Assembly: GCF_036365525.1 (NCBI RefSeq)
Contig: NC_090393.1
Location: forward strand, 31,094,764 to 31,158,763
DNA: 64,000 nucleotides
Source of the DNA: Heterodontus francisci
Lineage: Eukaryota
Direction of reading: 5' to 3'
The stretch's first letter is position 1. Every line of letters starts with the position of its first letter. A program made the position numbers and the translations under genes. A model generated the notes under the pieces. That model made no database searches. It saw nothing but the letters and a program-made list of their open reading frames with translations, and had not been told where the DNA came from. Positions 25,169 to 38,108 of the stretch are shown here, one piece after another.

Positions 25169-25739
25169 AAAGGTTTCTATTGTGATTTGAGAGGCAGAAG
25201 GGACCTTTGACATGTTTCAGTGTGATTTAAAGAATATTTTGTATTGTTATAAAAGAAAAACATTTTGTTAAACCCTGAAGACACTAGCACTTTAGACTTC
25301 AGTCAGGGAAATACATTCCTATCTTACAACAGTAACCTCACTTCAAAAGTACTTCATTAGCTGTAAAGCACTTTGGCACTACATAAATGTGAGCACTTAG
25401 AAACACAGAAAGATTTATGGCACAGAAGGAGGCCATTTGGCCCATCGTGTCTGTTCGGTCTTCCACTTTAAACTACACTTTCTATTGTATAACAAATGTG
25501 CAAAATCTTCCTGTTGTCTCCCTTAACCACTCTTTGGTTATTTAACTGTTTTTGTTACAATATGTTTTTAAATATATTCTGATGTTTAACCATAAAGAGA
25601 CTGAGGCGAACTCTGTTTAAATAGAAGTAAAACACAATGCAAAGGAGAGCTATGTTACTTTCTAATAACATTGATATTTAGGATTTTCCCCTGTACGTTC
25701 AGGGTGCGATATTGCTACATGTTTGAAGGAAGGACACGC

Positions 25740-25874
25740 TTCATGCAGGTATTTCGAAATACTCGGTTGGGGAGCGTCATCACAAATGGGTTTCCGTAAC
25801 CGGAAGTAGTTTGGAATGTGATGTTCTGGGCCTGGATGTTTTATTGATGCAGTTGGTGGGTCCTCAACGGCCAG
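25740..25874 (+). promoter_or_regulatory. GPN3: GPN3 promoter / 5'UTR
   Basis: CpG-enriched; ETS/GABP site CCGGAAGT at 25800-25807; no obvious TATA box. Confidence 0.55.
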
Positions 25875-25922
25875 ATGCCTCGATTTGCTCAATTAGTGAT
25901 GGGGCCTGCCGGCAGCGGCAAG
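25875..25922 (+). CDS. GPN3: GPN3 exon 1 ([16 protein letters not shown])
   Basis: P-loop; donor AAG|GTATTT. Confidence 0.95.
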
Positions 25923-28900
25923 GTATTTAACACCTTATAGACCCCGGCAACAACAATGTGTTTTTATGTAGCGCCATTCGGGTAGAAAACATACCCGGGC
26001 TGTTCATAGAGAATATGAGGCAATAGGAGAAATGGGTCAAAACATGCTACTACTGAGTCAAAGCTGACAACCTAGCTTTATTATAATCACTTACTATAAC
26101 AATGTTGTCAAGGAAACACCTATAGTCTCCTGTAAAATATTTGTGTTAAAATATTGTTCAGTTATTTTATAATGGTAATAATAGTAGGTTGAGATGTCAA
26201 ATATTCCTTGATATGAGGCTAAAGAGGCTTTCACAGTCTGCCATTCATCCACATCGAACCACGAAAGTTTGCAACACAGAAGCAGCTCATTCAGCCAGTG
26301 GGTGTTTATTCTGATTTTGCTAGAGCAATCCCACTGTCTTGCACCTTTTCTGTATACCTTTAACTTTCTCGGCATCAAATATTTATTCAATTTTTCCTTA
26401 AAATTTGCGATGGCCTCTGTCTCAACTTTGTAACGAAACATTCCAAATTCCAACAACTGTATTAAGACATTTCTCTTCGCCCCTCTGCTCACTGTCATTG
26501 ATGATTTTAAATCGATGACCCGTTGTTAATGACTACAACCCAAGGCAGCAATCTTTTCATTTTCTGTCAAAATTCTTCATAATTTTAACAAACTGTTGAA
26601 TCGCCTCTGTTGGAATTAATCCGAATACCTCAAGTTTCTCCGAACTGTAGCTTTTCATCCCTGGCAATATTCTGGTGATTTTGTGCTGTAGACTTGCTGT
26701 GGCTTTTATGTCTTCTATAACAGGGAACCTAAAAATGTTTTTGCTATTCTATTTATGGCCTAACCATTTTTTTGTTCAAATTATTAATTCTTTCCTATTA
26801 TACTCTATATTCCTATTCATATAGGATTGGGAATAAACTTTAAAGAAAATTGTATCTAGTAGACCATATTGTGCAATCTATCTAGCCTGTAGTAGCCTTC
26901 AAAGGATATTAAAATTTAATTACAAACCTTTTTTTTGTTACAAAACACCTGTGATTACAGTAATCTTATTTGGATTGTATTCTTTGCAGTTGATAAAATC
27001 ATTTTAACCCCCTGCTGAAATTACCTTATTACACCATTCTATGTCCATTATGTTTTTTTTACCCCAGAAAAATTAGATAGTAGGTGGGAGCAGTAATTAT
27101 AATTATATTGGGAAGTGATGCCTGCCAATCTTTTAAAACAACCTAAGCTCTTATGACGAAACTAAACATCTAGGTTCAGCAGTAAAATTTATGAATTTTT
27201 CGAATGTTACAAATTTCTAGTCATCAAACTAGGAATTGTTAGATTATAAGTGAACCAGTTTGGGAGATTTTTCAGTGTTCTTTCATTTGTATATTTAGTG
27301 CATGATGCTTAAATTAGAAGCTGTATTTGCTGTCTTTCATTTCAGAGCACTTACTGTTCCACTATGCAGCAGCACTGTGAGGTGTTGAATCGATCTGTCC
27401 AGGTGGTGAACCTTGACCCTGCTGCAGAATACTTTGACTATCCTATCTTGGCAGGTGGGTTGACTAATGACTTTGGAATTAATTTTTAAACAGTTCTTTT
27501 GAAAACTTAAACAAAATACAAAGTTTAGCAATTTGTTTTTCCAGCATTGCAGCATAAAGACTTTGCACGTGCTCTTAGTACATTGTGTATACCCTGCATA
27601 AATTGATAATGTGTCATTGCAAACAATTTCATTTTTATGGTAAACGCATAGAAAAATTTATTGAAATGTAATTTTAAAAATTCTGGAATTGAAAATTCTC
27701 TTAATGTCATGATTTTGGGATAAGTGAATAATATATAAAAGGAAACCATATTACAGTACCCTGTATCAAGAATCAGTTTAACTTTAACCCCATTTTATCA
27801 CAGTATCCCTCAATTCCCTTTTTGTTCCAAAATTCAGCTAGTTGCCTCTTCAATGTATTTATGCTTTTCCTTTCATTTATCATTTCTAGTGACTTAGTTC
27901 ACATGTCTGATGCAATTTATGCAATAAAGTAAATCCTTTTTCCTTCCTTAATTACTTTCTAACTTGTTTTCAGGTGTTTGAATCCTTCAGCATAGTGAAC
28001 AAAATCCTGCAGTTTTGTCAATCTCCTTCATAATCTTAAAATCTTCAATTGAGTGTTTAATTTAGATTTAAAATGGATGGGAGCTGTCATCTTTGTTTGG
28101 CTCAGTACATTTCAATTGCTAATAAATGCATTAAACATTCTTTTTACATTTGGAGTATATTATGAATTCTAAGAAACGTGCTGAAGTTAGTTGAACAGAA
28201 GTGTCTCCAGTGCTCTAATAGTTTGCACACAAGTCTGTTCTTTGGGTCAAAGTCACTCCTGCAGGCTATGCAAGAGTGCCCTTCCTGCCTATTTACGTAT
28301 TTTTCATTTACTGAGCCATGAACAATAATAAATTATAATCAACACCTTATACACACAGTTATCCTTGTACTCACAAGGGCTTACTAGATAACCGAAAGAA
28401 AATTGGGAGTGATGAGTTGTGTACAAAAAATATCAGCTCCTCTGATTTTGTGAAACATGTTTTGGGTTTTATTCCATGATCATTGTAAAAAAAAATACAG
28501 TTGTAGCACATGATCTTTTCTGTGAGCAGTTTTATTCTAGAATAATTGGTTATGGTGGAAATACTTCAATTATTTTTAAATTACTATTTTGATAAAATGT
28601 CCGGTATTAAAATTGAGCTTCTTTGACTCTCAAATTATATAGTGAGCTATAAATATTATACTGGGTACGCAGCATCACAGAATTGTTACAGTGCAGAAGG
28701 TGGTCATTTGGCCCATCATGTCCACATTGGTTCTCTGAATGAGCAATTCACCTAATGCCACTGCCCTGCTTTCTCCCAGCAACCCTGCACATGCTTCCTT
28801 TTCAGATAATAGTCCAATTCCCTTTTGAATGCCTCGATTGAACCTGCCGGAACCACACTCTCAGGCAGTGCATTCCAGACCCTAACCACTTGCTGCGTGA

Positions 28901-31900
28901 AAAAGTTTTTCCTCATGTCACTCTTGCTTCATTTGTCAGTTACTTTAAATCTGTGCCCTCTTGTTCTCCATCTTTTCACGAGTGGGAATAGTTTCTCCCA
29001 GTCTACTCTGTCCAGATCCCCTCATGATTTTGAATACCTATATCAAATCTCCTCTCAGCCTTCTCTTCAAGGAAAACAGTCCCAACTTCTCCAATCTATC
29101 TTCATAACTGAATTATGAAATACACGTTGTTCTGTGATCGAGTAGTGGCAATAATTCATGCTGCCAATTGTTGCACTAATTAAAAATATATTGGTAATCA
29201 ACTCTGAAAAAAGGTAATTCGTGTCTGTTATTGGATAGATATCCGGGAGCTTATCCAAGTGGATGATGTAATGGAAGATGACTCCTTGAGGTTCGGCCCA
29301 AATGGTGGACTCATTTTCTGTATGGAATACTTTGCCAACAACTTTGATTGGCTGTCGGAATGTCTGGGTCATGTGGAGGATGACTATATACTATTTGATT
29401 GTCCAGGTTGGTAGACATTGATCTGTGTTTTCTAAAGTATTTTGATAATGAATGATAAGATGAAGCAGAACATAGAGTTTTGTATGATTTTCCCAGTTGT
29501 GGCATATGTGTCCAGAGCAGGCAGTAAAGAAATGGAGAGAATGTTAACAAATGCTGCGTGATTACATCACCAGAGTTGTTCTTTGCTTGGGCACTGCTGT
29601 ATTGAGAAAGAATCACAGTAGGGGCGGTGGAGGCTTTTTGAAAGGGCTATCCAATTAGTCTCATTCCCTCACCCTTTCTCTTTTGAATATTACTATTGAA
29701 GCTGTTTCCGCCACTGTTTCAGGCGTGGTGGAAACAGATGATCATAACTCGCTGTGTAAGAAAAGTTCTCCTCATCTCACCTCTGGTTCATTTGCCAACT
29801 ACCTTAAATCTCTGTCCTCTGGTTAAACTTTGTTCATTTTTGTTGTAAATGCAGTTAAGTTCCAGCAACATTTAGCTTAGCATAGTGTATTGATTAGGTG
29901 TAGCAGAATATATACTATATTATTCTAACAGTGGTAGTCTCCAATTTAGAAAAGAAATCTGGTCAAAGCAGCAATCACAAAAGTGTAATGAGTTACTAGG
30001 ATACCAATTTTGGGTTCTTTCTGATATTTTACCCCCTCGCCATCTCTCCTGAAGATGCTGCTTCATGAAATGTGAGTATTAAAACTCCTAATACTTATCC
30101 CAAAAGCCATTCTGAGAGAGAATTCAAGCAGTGAACAGCAATATGGGCGGCACAGTGGCGCAGTGGTTAGCACTGCAGCCTCACAGCTCCAGGGACCCGG
30201 GTTCAATTCCGGGTACTGCCTGTGTGGAGTTTGCAAGTTCTCCCTGTGTCTGCGTGGGTTTTCTCCGGGTGCTCCGGTTTCCTCCCACAAGCCAAAAGAC
30301 TTGCAGGTTGATAGGTAAATTGGCCAGTATAAATTGTCACTAGTATAGGTAGGTGGTAGGGAAATATAGGGACAGGTGGGGATGTTTGGTAGGAATGTGG
30401 GATTAGTGTAGGATTAGTATAAATGGGTGGTTGATGTTCGGCACAGACTCGGTGGGCCGAAGGGCCTGTTACAGTGCTGTATCTCTAATCTAATATGATT
30501 CAATCCTGTCATCTCATGGCCAAGAGAAATTAGGAAATGCCAATCTTCATAAATCTCTCACTCAACATCTGCATCTGCATTTTCTAGCCATAGTTTCTGG
30601 CTTGGATGGGTCTGTCTGATCTGTATGGCTTAGTGTAACGCCAAAGTGTTCTTTTATCATTAGACCATCATGTGATTTTGTTCTCGGCTTTGAGTTAGCA
30701 GTAGTTTTGATAGTGTTGCACATTCAACTTAAACTGTGTGCACCTTTGTACTTCAGTCCTTTACATGCAATAAGTTTTGATTGTTGGACCTGTTTGTACA
30801 CTAATGCGCCTTTATTCCTTCATTACAGGTCAGATTGAGTTATACACTCATCTTCCAATAATGAAGCAGCTAGTGGAACAGTTGCAGCAGTGGGAGTTTC
30901 GTGTCTGTGGGGTATTTCTTGTTGACTCTCAATTTATGGTGGAGTCATTTAAGGTAGTTCTCACTACTTGATCAGAATGCCATAATAACCCTGCAAAGTT
31001 GCATTTCAACTTGTAACCACCTAATTATTACATAACTGAGATGTTTTTATACATCTGCTATTTTTATTAAATAGTGGCATGAAAAAAGGTAAAACTTTTG
31101 GACCAGACTTCCTCCTGCTCCCCACCACTTTTATTTACTTTTTCTCTTATGCTGTTCTCCTGAAGTCAGTGACTCATGTTGGAGTACGATTCCACAGGAT
31201 CTTCAGTACCTTGTGTTACGACTGACCACTCCAGTCAAAGCCTCCAATCAAAATATACGATTCTAATTGTGGTGGGAGAAACGCACTGTTAATTCAATCC
31301 CATCCCTCCGCAGATCGCCTAACATTTCATTTTTAAACTTTCCAAATCAAAGAAAGACCCACTCGAATTGTACCAGCTATTAACCCCAAAAGGAGGCTAA
31401 CCAAACCAGCTGTCTTTAAATCAACAAATTAACTGTTTAATTAGAAAAACTAAATTCTCAAACACTACTAGGATATAAACAACATTTAAAATAGAAAAAA
31501 ATTAGAGCCTTTGCAGATTTTCACTCCTGCTGGATGTGGAACAGTCCAAGGTTGCTTGAAGTCCTCACAGCCGTTCGATGTGGGGGGGAAAGGTTCTTCA
31601 ACAGTAGAACAGTATGTAGTCTAATTCAGAAGTTGAAATTGTTGCTCCTTCTCCAGTGATGAATTTCAACAAATAGCAACTTGCAAACACTTTTTAATGA
31701 ATCAATTTGGCTTTAGAATTTTTTTGAGGGATAAAAGATGTTCACAGTCTAACTTCCCTTCTTTCAGTTTAAATTCTCAGAGCTCTCTGATTTGGCTTGA
31801 CGTTTTAGAATTTTGAGAGAGAATATAAATAAACAGACTAAATTCTCTTCCTTCAGTTTAAATGGTCTGAGAGCACTCCTTTCAAGTGCTAACACACAGC

Positions 31901-34900
31901 TGTCTGTCTATTTCTCTGAGTTAGAACAGACTGTTTCCACTATAAGCCAGTTCAAAATTAAATTGGAACAATGTATCTCTTGATCTCTAGTCCAGAATGG
32001 CTATATCCCGGGGTAACGAGAATGCGTTCTTTGACTTAGTCTTTAGAGCTTGCTCAAAGCAGTACGGTTCCTTTTCCAGCCTTAAAGGCACACCACATTC
32101 TTCCCCCAAATAAAACTACAGGATCATAACACTTGCCTAAGCAGCCATTCTTCATATGAGCCTAGATCATGAGGATCAGCAAGTTATTTAATTGTGGAGT
32201 CAACAATCCTGAGTCCCATCTGTCGCCTTCCAATCTCACAGGCTTTTCAGGAAGGCGACAGGCAAGAGACAGAGCTCTTTTGAGTGTGGGTTTCTCCTTT
32301 CTAGCCTAAGGTCACCATATCTCTCATTCCAACTGAGATTGGTGAACTCAGAAAAGACCAACGATTGCAGCTGGGATCGTTTTGGTCTTTGTGGCTCAGC
32401 ACCCTGTGTAGTACATTTAGTCCAAACTTATTCTATCAGCAAGCATAAACAATTAATGCCTTTTGTAAATGGTAGTTGCATGGCATAAATATGACATTTA
32501 CTGTAAAGCGTGCAAATGTGTAACTTTATAATTTTTTTAGTTTGTGTCAGGTGTCATGGCAGCCCTCAGTGCGATGGTGTCTCTAGAAATTCCACAAGTC
32601 AGCATCATGACAAAAATGGATTTACTTGGCAAGAAGGCAAAAAAGGAAATTGAAAAGTATGTTATGTTGTGACTGACCTAATATATACAATATTACATAC
32701 TGTAATATACTTATTAGTCGCTGTGAGGCAACTATGGAGTGACCTCTCCATGGCGCATGCCTGGGCAAATTTATGGAGGTTGAGAGTTGCCCAGTCGTCA
32801 AAACCCCCCTCTCGGCCTTTCTGGTGGGGTCCAAAGGAGTGCAGGACACGACGTTTGGCACCAGTATGGCTGCAGGAACTGCCGGAAACATGCCAAAGGT
32901 GACACATGACCGCCTACGGGGTTCCGCTCCGGATTTTCTGTTAGGGTTTACTCCCTTAGCCTTGGTCTCTCCCGAGACGCCCACAAGGCAGTGGGGTTGT
33001 TGGGGCCCCTACACAGGTGTAGGATGGTGCCGGTGGGAGGAGGGGATGCAAGGGGGAGGGGTAGAGGGAGGGGGTGGGGGGGGGGGGTGCAGGGGAAGGA
33101 GGTCACTCCATAGTTGCCTCACAGCGACTAAAACAACACGGAAGATACTTGGCATCAGGTGGCAGGACTATATCTCCAACACAGAAGTCCTTGAAGCGGC
33201 CAACACCCCCAGCTTATACACACTACTGAGTCAGCGGCGCTTGAGATGGCTTGGCCATGTGAGCCGCATGGAAGATGGCAGGATCCCCAAAGACACATTG
33301 TACAGCGAGCTCGCCACTGGTATCAGACCCACCGGCCGTCCATGTCTCCGTTATAAAGACGTCTGCAAACGTGACATGAAATCGTGTGACATTGATCACA
33401 AGTCGTGGGAGTCAGTTGCCAGCATTCGCCAGAGCTGGCGGGCAGCCATAAAGACAGGGCTAAATTGTGGGGAGTCGAAGAGACTTAGTAGTTGGCAGGA
33501 AAAAAGACAGAGGCGCAAGGGGAGAGCCAACTGTGCAACAGCCCCAACAAACAAATTTCTCTGCAGCACCTGTGGAAGAGCCTGTCACTCCAGAATTGGC
33601 CTTTATAGCCACTCCAGGCGCTGCTTCACAAACCACTGACCACCTCCAGGCGCGTATCCATTGTCTCTCGAGATAAGGAGGCCCAAAAAGAAAAAAAAGA
33701 AAAAAAGAAAAGAATATACTTATTAGTGATATACATTTTCAGAAATGGATCTTGTTCTATTGACCATCTTTTAGATTGCTTTTGGATTGGCAAGTGTCAG
33801 CTGAAAATTATTTTAGAATTTTACAGTTCACTTACTAATGCAATTATAGAGTTTGGTTGTGGTACTACATGACAAAGTAATTTTAATTATATAATGTTGC
33901 ACTTTATATCAGTGAAAGAAAAAATGGATATTAATAGTGCAACCATAGGACATCCCAAATCTCTCTCAACATCCAGTGATGTACTTTTTGAAGTGTAGTT
34001 ACTGTTGTAATGTGGAGAAACACAGCAGCCAATTTGCACACAGCACGGTTCCACAAATAGCAGTGAGATAAATGTCCAGATAATTCCTTTTGGTGCTGCT
34101 GTTTGAGAGGTAAAAGTTGGTCAGAACATCAGGAAAAGTCCCATGCTCTTCTTCAAGGAGTGCCACGGGATCTTTCATGTTCATCTGAGAGAGCAGATCA
34201 GAATGACAGCTTATCCGATGGTGCAACACTCACACGCCGACATGTTGGCCAAGATTATTTGCTGAAGTCCAAGGATCCTGAATCTTCTGATTCAGAGGCA
34301 AGCATGCTACCAATGAGCTGAAGCTGAAGCATTAGTAGCATTCGTGCAGGGAAACTTTAAGAACGACCTGGAGTAATAGTATACCGGTCTCTCTTAGTAC
34401 CTAAATAATGTGATAAAGTAATTAAGGAAATACAATGAGATAAATAGTTAGAACTGTAAAGTACAAGTCTACAAGATTTACTGATGCTTTAGAACGTACT
34501 GGTGAAACGAAAGATGAAGCACTGTGTTCAGTTCTGATCACACAAAAAGAAGTGCATGCATTGCAGAGAAGAGCAAGAGGAATAATCCCATGTGTAGAAG
34601 AAATGACCTATGAGAAAAGATTAGATAAGATCAAACTCTGTGGAAAGAATGTGGTTAAATGAAGAAGGGAAAATTCATCAAGATATGTAATAATGAATGT
34701 AAGGTAAACCCAAATATTACTTCAAAGTGAGTCAGGTTAGTAAGAGTAGAGGATATAAATTTAAGTTAGGCAAAGGTAAATTTAGAACAGATAGTAGGAA
34801 AAACTTCTTGACTCAAAAGTGATGTGTTTGGAATTATCTGTCATGGAAGATAGTGGAGATTGACATTAGAAGTATTCAAAATTTAGTTGTGCGCTAGACT

Positions 34901-37900
34901 CATGAGCTTCTTTGAGCCAAAGAGTCGTCTTCACCTTGACCTGTATTTGCAAGAATATGCATTTCTATAGTGACTTCATTTGCATTGTTCTGCATACTGC
35001 TACAATGATGCACACTTCAGGATGTTGTTCTACGTACTACTACAATGATACACACTTCAAGATGTGGGGATTGGTGGTGGCTGGACAGAGATGCTCAGTC
35101 GCTATCCTACCTCTCCGAGGAGAGTTGTTGCTTTCAGTGGTTGTTGTGGTGCCTGAAAAATGTATTCCCATCTTCCCCCTTCTGTCAGTATGCTTTTTCC
35201 TGTGTAGCTTGTACAATATGCATCTGTTGTGTTGGGCTGCAGGAAAGAGCCCAACTGCTTGGTATTTTCCCTGTCTTTTAAGTTGAGGTTGAACACTGCT
35301 CACTCTGATGGGTAAATGCCACACAGATGATTTGTCTCTTATTTGTGGTGGAACATTGTCCCAGCAGTGGGTGGTTACAGCTTTGTCTGACAGCAGAGGT
35401 TTGTATTTGTACGTGTTTGCATGTTTGAAGGCATCCTTGATCAGAAAAGTGGCACATTCAGAATCTTGCATGTTTTGTTTGTAAGGTACCCTTGATAATG
35501 CTTTTTAAAGAAAGAACTTGAATTTTTAAAGCACCTTTCACAACCTCCGGATGTTGCAAAGCAGTTTACAGCTTGTGTGGTACTTTTGAAGTGTAGTCAG
35601 TCCAATAGGCACACAATAAGGTCTCACCAACAGCAATGTGTTCTCCTTCGAAACAGTGCCATGAGATATTTTATGTTCACCTATGAGGGCAGACAGGTCC
35701 TTGGTGTAAAGTCTTTGAAAGACAGCACCTCCAACAGTGCACCACTCCGCTCTCAGTACAGCACTGGACTGTCAACCTGGATTGTGTACTCAAGTCTCTG
35801 GAGTGGGTCTTGAACCCACAACCTTCTGACTTTACATAATTTACTCTCTCCCTTCCTCCCTATGGGATTTCCAGTGAGTTATAACAAGGCAACTTGAAGC
35901 AAGCAGGGCATATTTCATGTGCTAAAATGCCAGGAGGTGCAATTGTTTTATTTATTTTTCTATTATATTCACTTTCCTATATTGAGTTGACAAAACAGTA
36001 AAGGAACTATTATTTGAAGATTCACTTTGCAAAACAGTTTTATATCAAACTTTTCATATACTGTTTTTAGAAATTGTTCTGACACAGTTCTGGAGCATTT
36101 ATATCAATAATATTTCCTGATATTCTTTTATTAAAGGTATTTAGACCCTGATATGTATTCATTGATGCAAGACTCAACTGACACTTGGAAAAGCAAGAAA
36201 TTCAAAAAACTAACCAAAGCAATTTGTGGATTGGTAAGTTGTTTGTGCTGTAATCAAAGAAGCCAAATTCCAATTAATTTTAAAAATGCTCCATTTGAAT
36301 TATCTTATTGCAAACAAATCCTGTATTCAGTCATTACATAAGCAACATAGAACTAATTTGTCTTAGTACAAATAAATGAATCTATGCAGCATTTTTAGAA
36401 TGTTGTTCGGCATGAGGGTTAATATTAGCAGAGAAAGTTAAGAGGAGATTCAATAGTGGTGTTCAAAATGATGTAAGGTTTTGATGGAGTAAGTAAGGAG
36501 AAACTATTTCCACTGGCTGAAGGGTCAGTAATCAGAGGACACAGATGTAAGATCACTGACATCAATCAGAGCAGTGTTATTGCAGCAAATTGAATATCAC
36601 CATTGATTTTATAGGGGATGGAGCTATAGTACTGGAATTCTCACTGTTTAGATGGGGGTCACAGTGAAGTGGTGCAGAGAGGGTTCGAGGAAACTTTTGG
36701 GTTCCCCATCTAATTGCTTGAGTTACCTACACCATTATTTCCAAGAAAATTTGAGGCATAGTAATGGTATATGCCATAGACATAGCATTACTACAGTGCA
36801 TGTTTTTAGGAAATTCCAGGCCATTTTACTGATACAACCAAAGACAACAATACTGTGACAATTCTGGTCTGATTTTAAACTGGACCTTTCTCAAAAAAAT
36901 TAAATGACTGAGCATTTTTAAAACAATACAAAGATACCAGTGTTTTTTCCAGCAACATTCCATTTTTGTGTGTGTGCTTTTAATATATTTTTAACTGTTG
37001 GCTAAAATACTATTATGAAAATCCTCAGTGGTGAAAATCTTGGGATCTAGAATTTTATTAGGCTATATCAGAATGATGCTGTTCATTAACATGTTATTAA
37101 TTGTTGCATTTGTCTTTTTAGGTTAATGACTACAGCATGGTGCGTTTTTTGCCATTTGATCGCTCAGATGAAGAATGTGTTAACATAGTCTTGCAGCACA
37201 TTGACTTTTCCATTCAGTATGGAGAGGATTTTGAAGTCAAAGAACCAAAGGTGAGAGATATATAGATTATTTGTGCAAGATTTCTGCAGTAATACTGTTT
37301 GCCCACCACCACCCAATCTCTTCAGCCTAGTGGTCGAGACTGTCTCTGAGCCATAGATATTCCATGAAGAGTTAGGTGATTTATATAATTTATATTATAT
37401 TTATAAGGTGATATAAAAAGAAAAAAACATTCAAAGTAATTTAAGCATGACTTTGTCTTCTCTTCCTTATTCACCAAACTGGTCAAGAAATAAAGATATT
37501 AAAACCATTTCAACAGATGGAAATCATTTGTTGTGACTGACAGATCTGTTATGTAGGTTGGATAATGATCAGACCAAGTTTCAGCTGTGATGCCTCCTAC
37601 AACTGAATAACTTGCACACATGCACTGTGGTCACATAAAGAAAGGGTACTTGGATTAAATACCAGAGGATTTCTGACTCCTTTGGAATTCCAGGATGAGT
37701 CACTCTCCTCAGAAGAGGAGGAGGAGCAAGAAGTTGATTTCCAGTGGATAGTTTTATGCTGTAAACATGTGAGGTTATGCAGTCCAATAAATGAATACCC
37801 GTATTCCTGTTCTGCTTTTGCTTTGTTTCTCTTAGATTATATTTGGAACTAAAAAAATACAATGAACTTATTAAAAAAAGCCATGCATGTGACAATATAT

Positions 37901-38108
37901 AATTCAGTTGAGTGCTGTGCCGTGTAATAGTATATTTTAACACTGTATACTGTTCCATTATAAAAGTGTGCATTGAAATAGCTGAGGGTTTTGGAACTTG
38001 CTTGCATAATTACATTTATTAATGGGCCCTTTATTACAGGAGCAAGAAGAAGACACTGATGCCCCAAGCACAAGCAATCAGTTTTTCCAAGGTGCAGCAG
38101 CTGACTGA
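25875..38108 (+). CDS. GPN3: GPN-loop GTPase 3, complete 8-exon CDS, 286 aa
   Basis: join(25875-25922,27346-27454,29239-29406,30829-30953,32541-32656,36137-36233,37122-37250,38040-38108); all introns GT-AG and phase-consistent; motifs GPAGSGKST, NLDPA, GPNGG, DCPGQIE, TKMD, QYGED. Confidence 0.97.
27346..27454 (+). CDS. GPN3: GPN3 exon 2
   Basis: [36 protein letters not shown]. Confidence 0.95.
29239..29406 (+). CDS. GPN3: GPN3 exon 3
   Basis: [31 protein letters not shown]...ILFDCP. Confidence 0.95.
30146..30491 (+). mobile_element. Full-length HE1/V-SINE-type SINE in GPN3 intron 3
   Basis: Box A/B head, V core, CR1-like tail; flanking AATATG repeat. Confidence 0.9.
30829..30953 (+). CDS. 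GPN3: GPN3 exon 4
   Basis: [42 protein letters not shown]. Confidence 0.95.
31214..32131. mobile_element. Solo LTR (918 bp) in GPN3 intron 4
   Basis: Inverted termini TGTTACGA...TCATAACA; perfect 4-bp TSD CTTG. Confidence 0.8.
32541..32656 (+). CDS. GPN3: GPN3 exon 5
   Basis: [38 protein letters not shown]. Confidence 0.95.
32719..33712 (+). mobile_element. Rearranged, internally deleted RTE in GPN3 intron 5
   Basis: 15-bp TSD AATATACTTATTAGT at 32704-32718 and 33713-33727; 3' part closely matches the RTE at 21053; A-rich tail; internal 33-bp inverted repeat. Confidence 0.9.
33940..34330 (-). mobile_element. Deu/SacSINE1-like SINE, decayed
   Basis: TACTTTTTGAAGTGTAGT..GCAGCCAATTTGCACACAGC core; homologous to 35510-35832. 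Confidence 0.6.
35510..35832 (-). mobile_element. Deu/SacSINE1-like SINE, decayed
   Basis: L2-type tail AAAGCACCTTTCAC; box-B-like CTTGAACCC at the right end. Confidence 0.6.
36137..36233 (+). CDS. GPN3: GPN3 exon 6
   Basis: [32 protein letters not shown]; donor GTAAGT. Confidence 0.95.
37122..37250 (+). CDS. GPN3: GPN3 exon 7
   Basis: [43 protein letters not shown]. Confidence 0.95.
38040..38108 (+). CDS. GPN3: GPN3 exon 8, terminal ([22 protein letters not shown])
   Basis: Acceptor TTACAG, phase 0; acidic tail with QFFQ; gives the expected total length. Confidence 0.85.
   Translation, partial: EQEEDTDAPSTSNQFFQGAAAD

Noticed and set aside
30146-30215. tRNA gene (box A and box B)
   Set aside because: It is the tRNA-derived head of a multicopy SINE
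35040-35471. 143-aa minus-strand ORF in GPN3 intron 5, faintly like a transposase C-terminus
   Set aside because: No convincing motif, termini or splice signals
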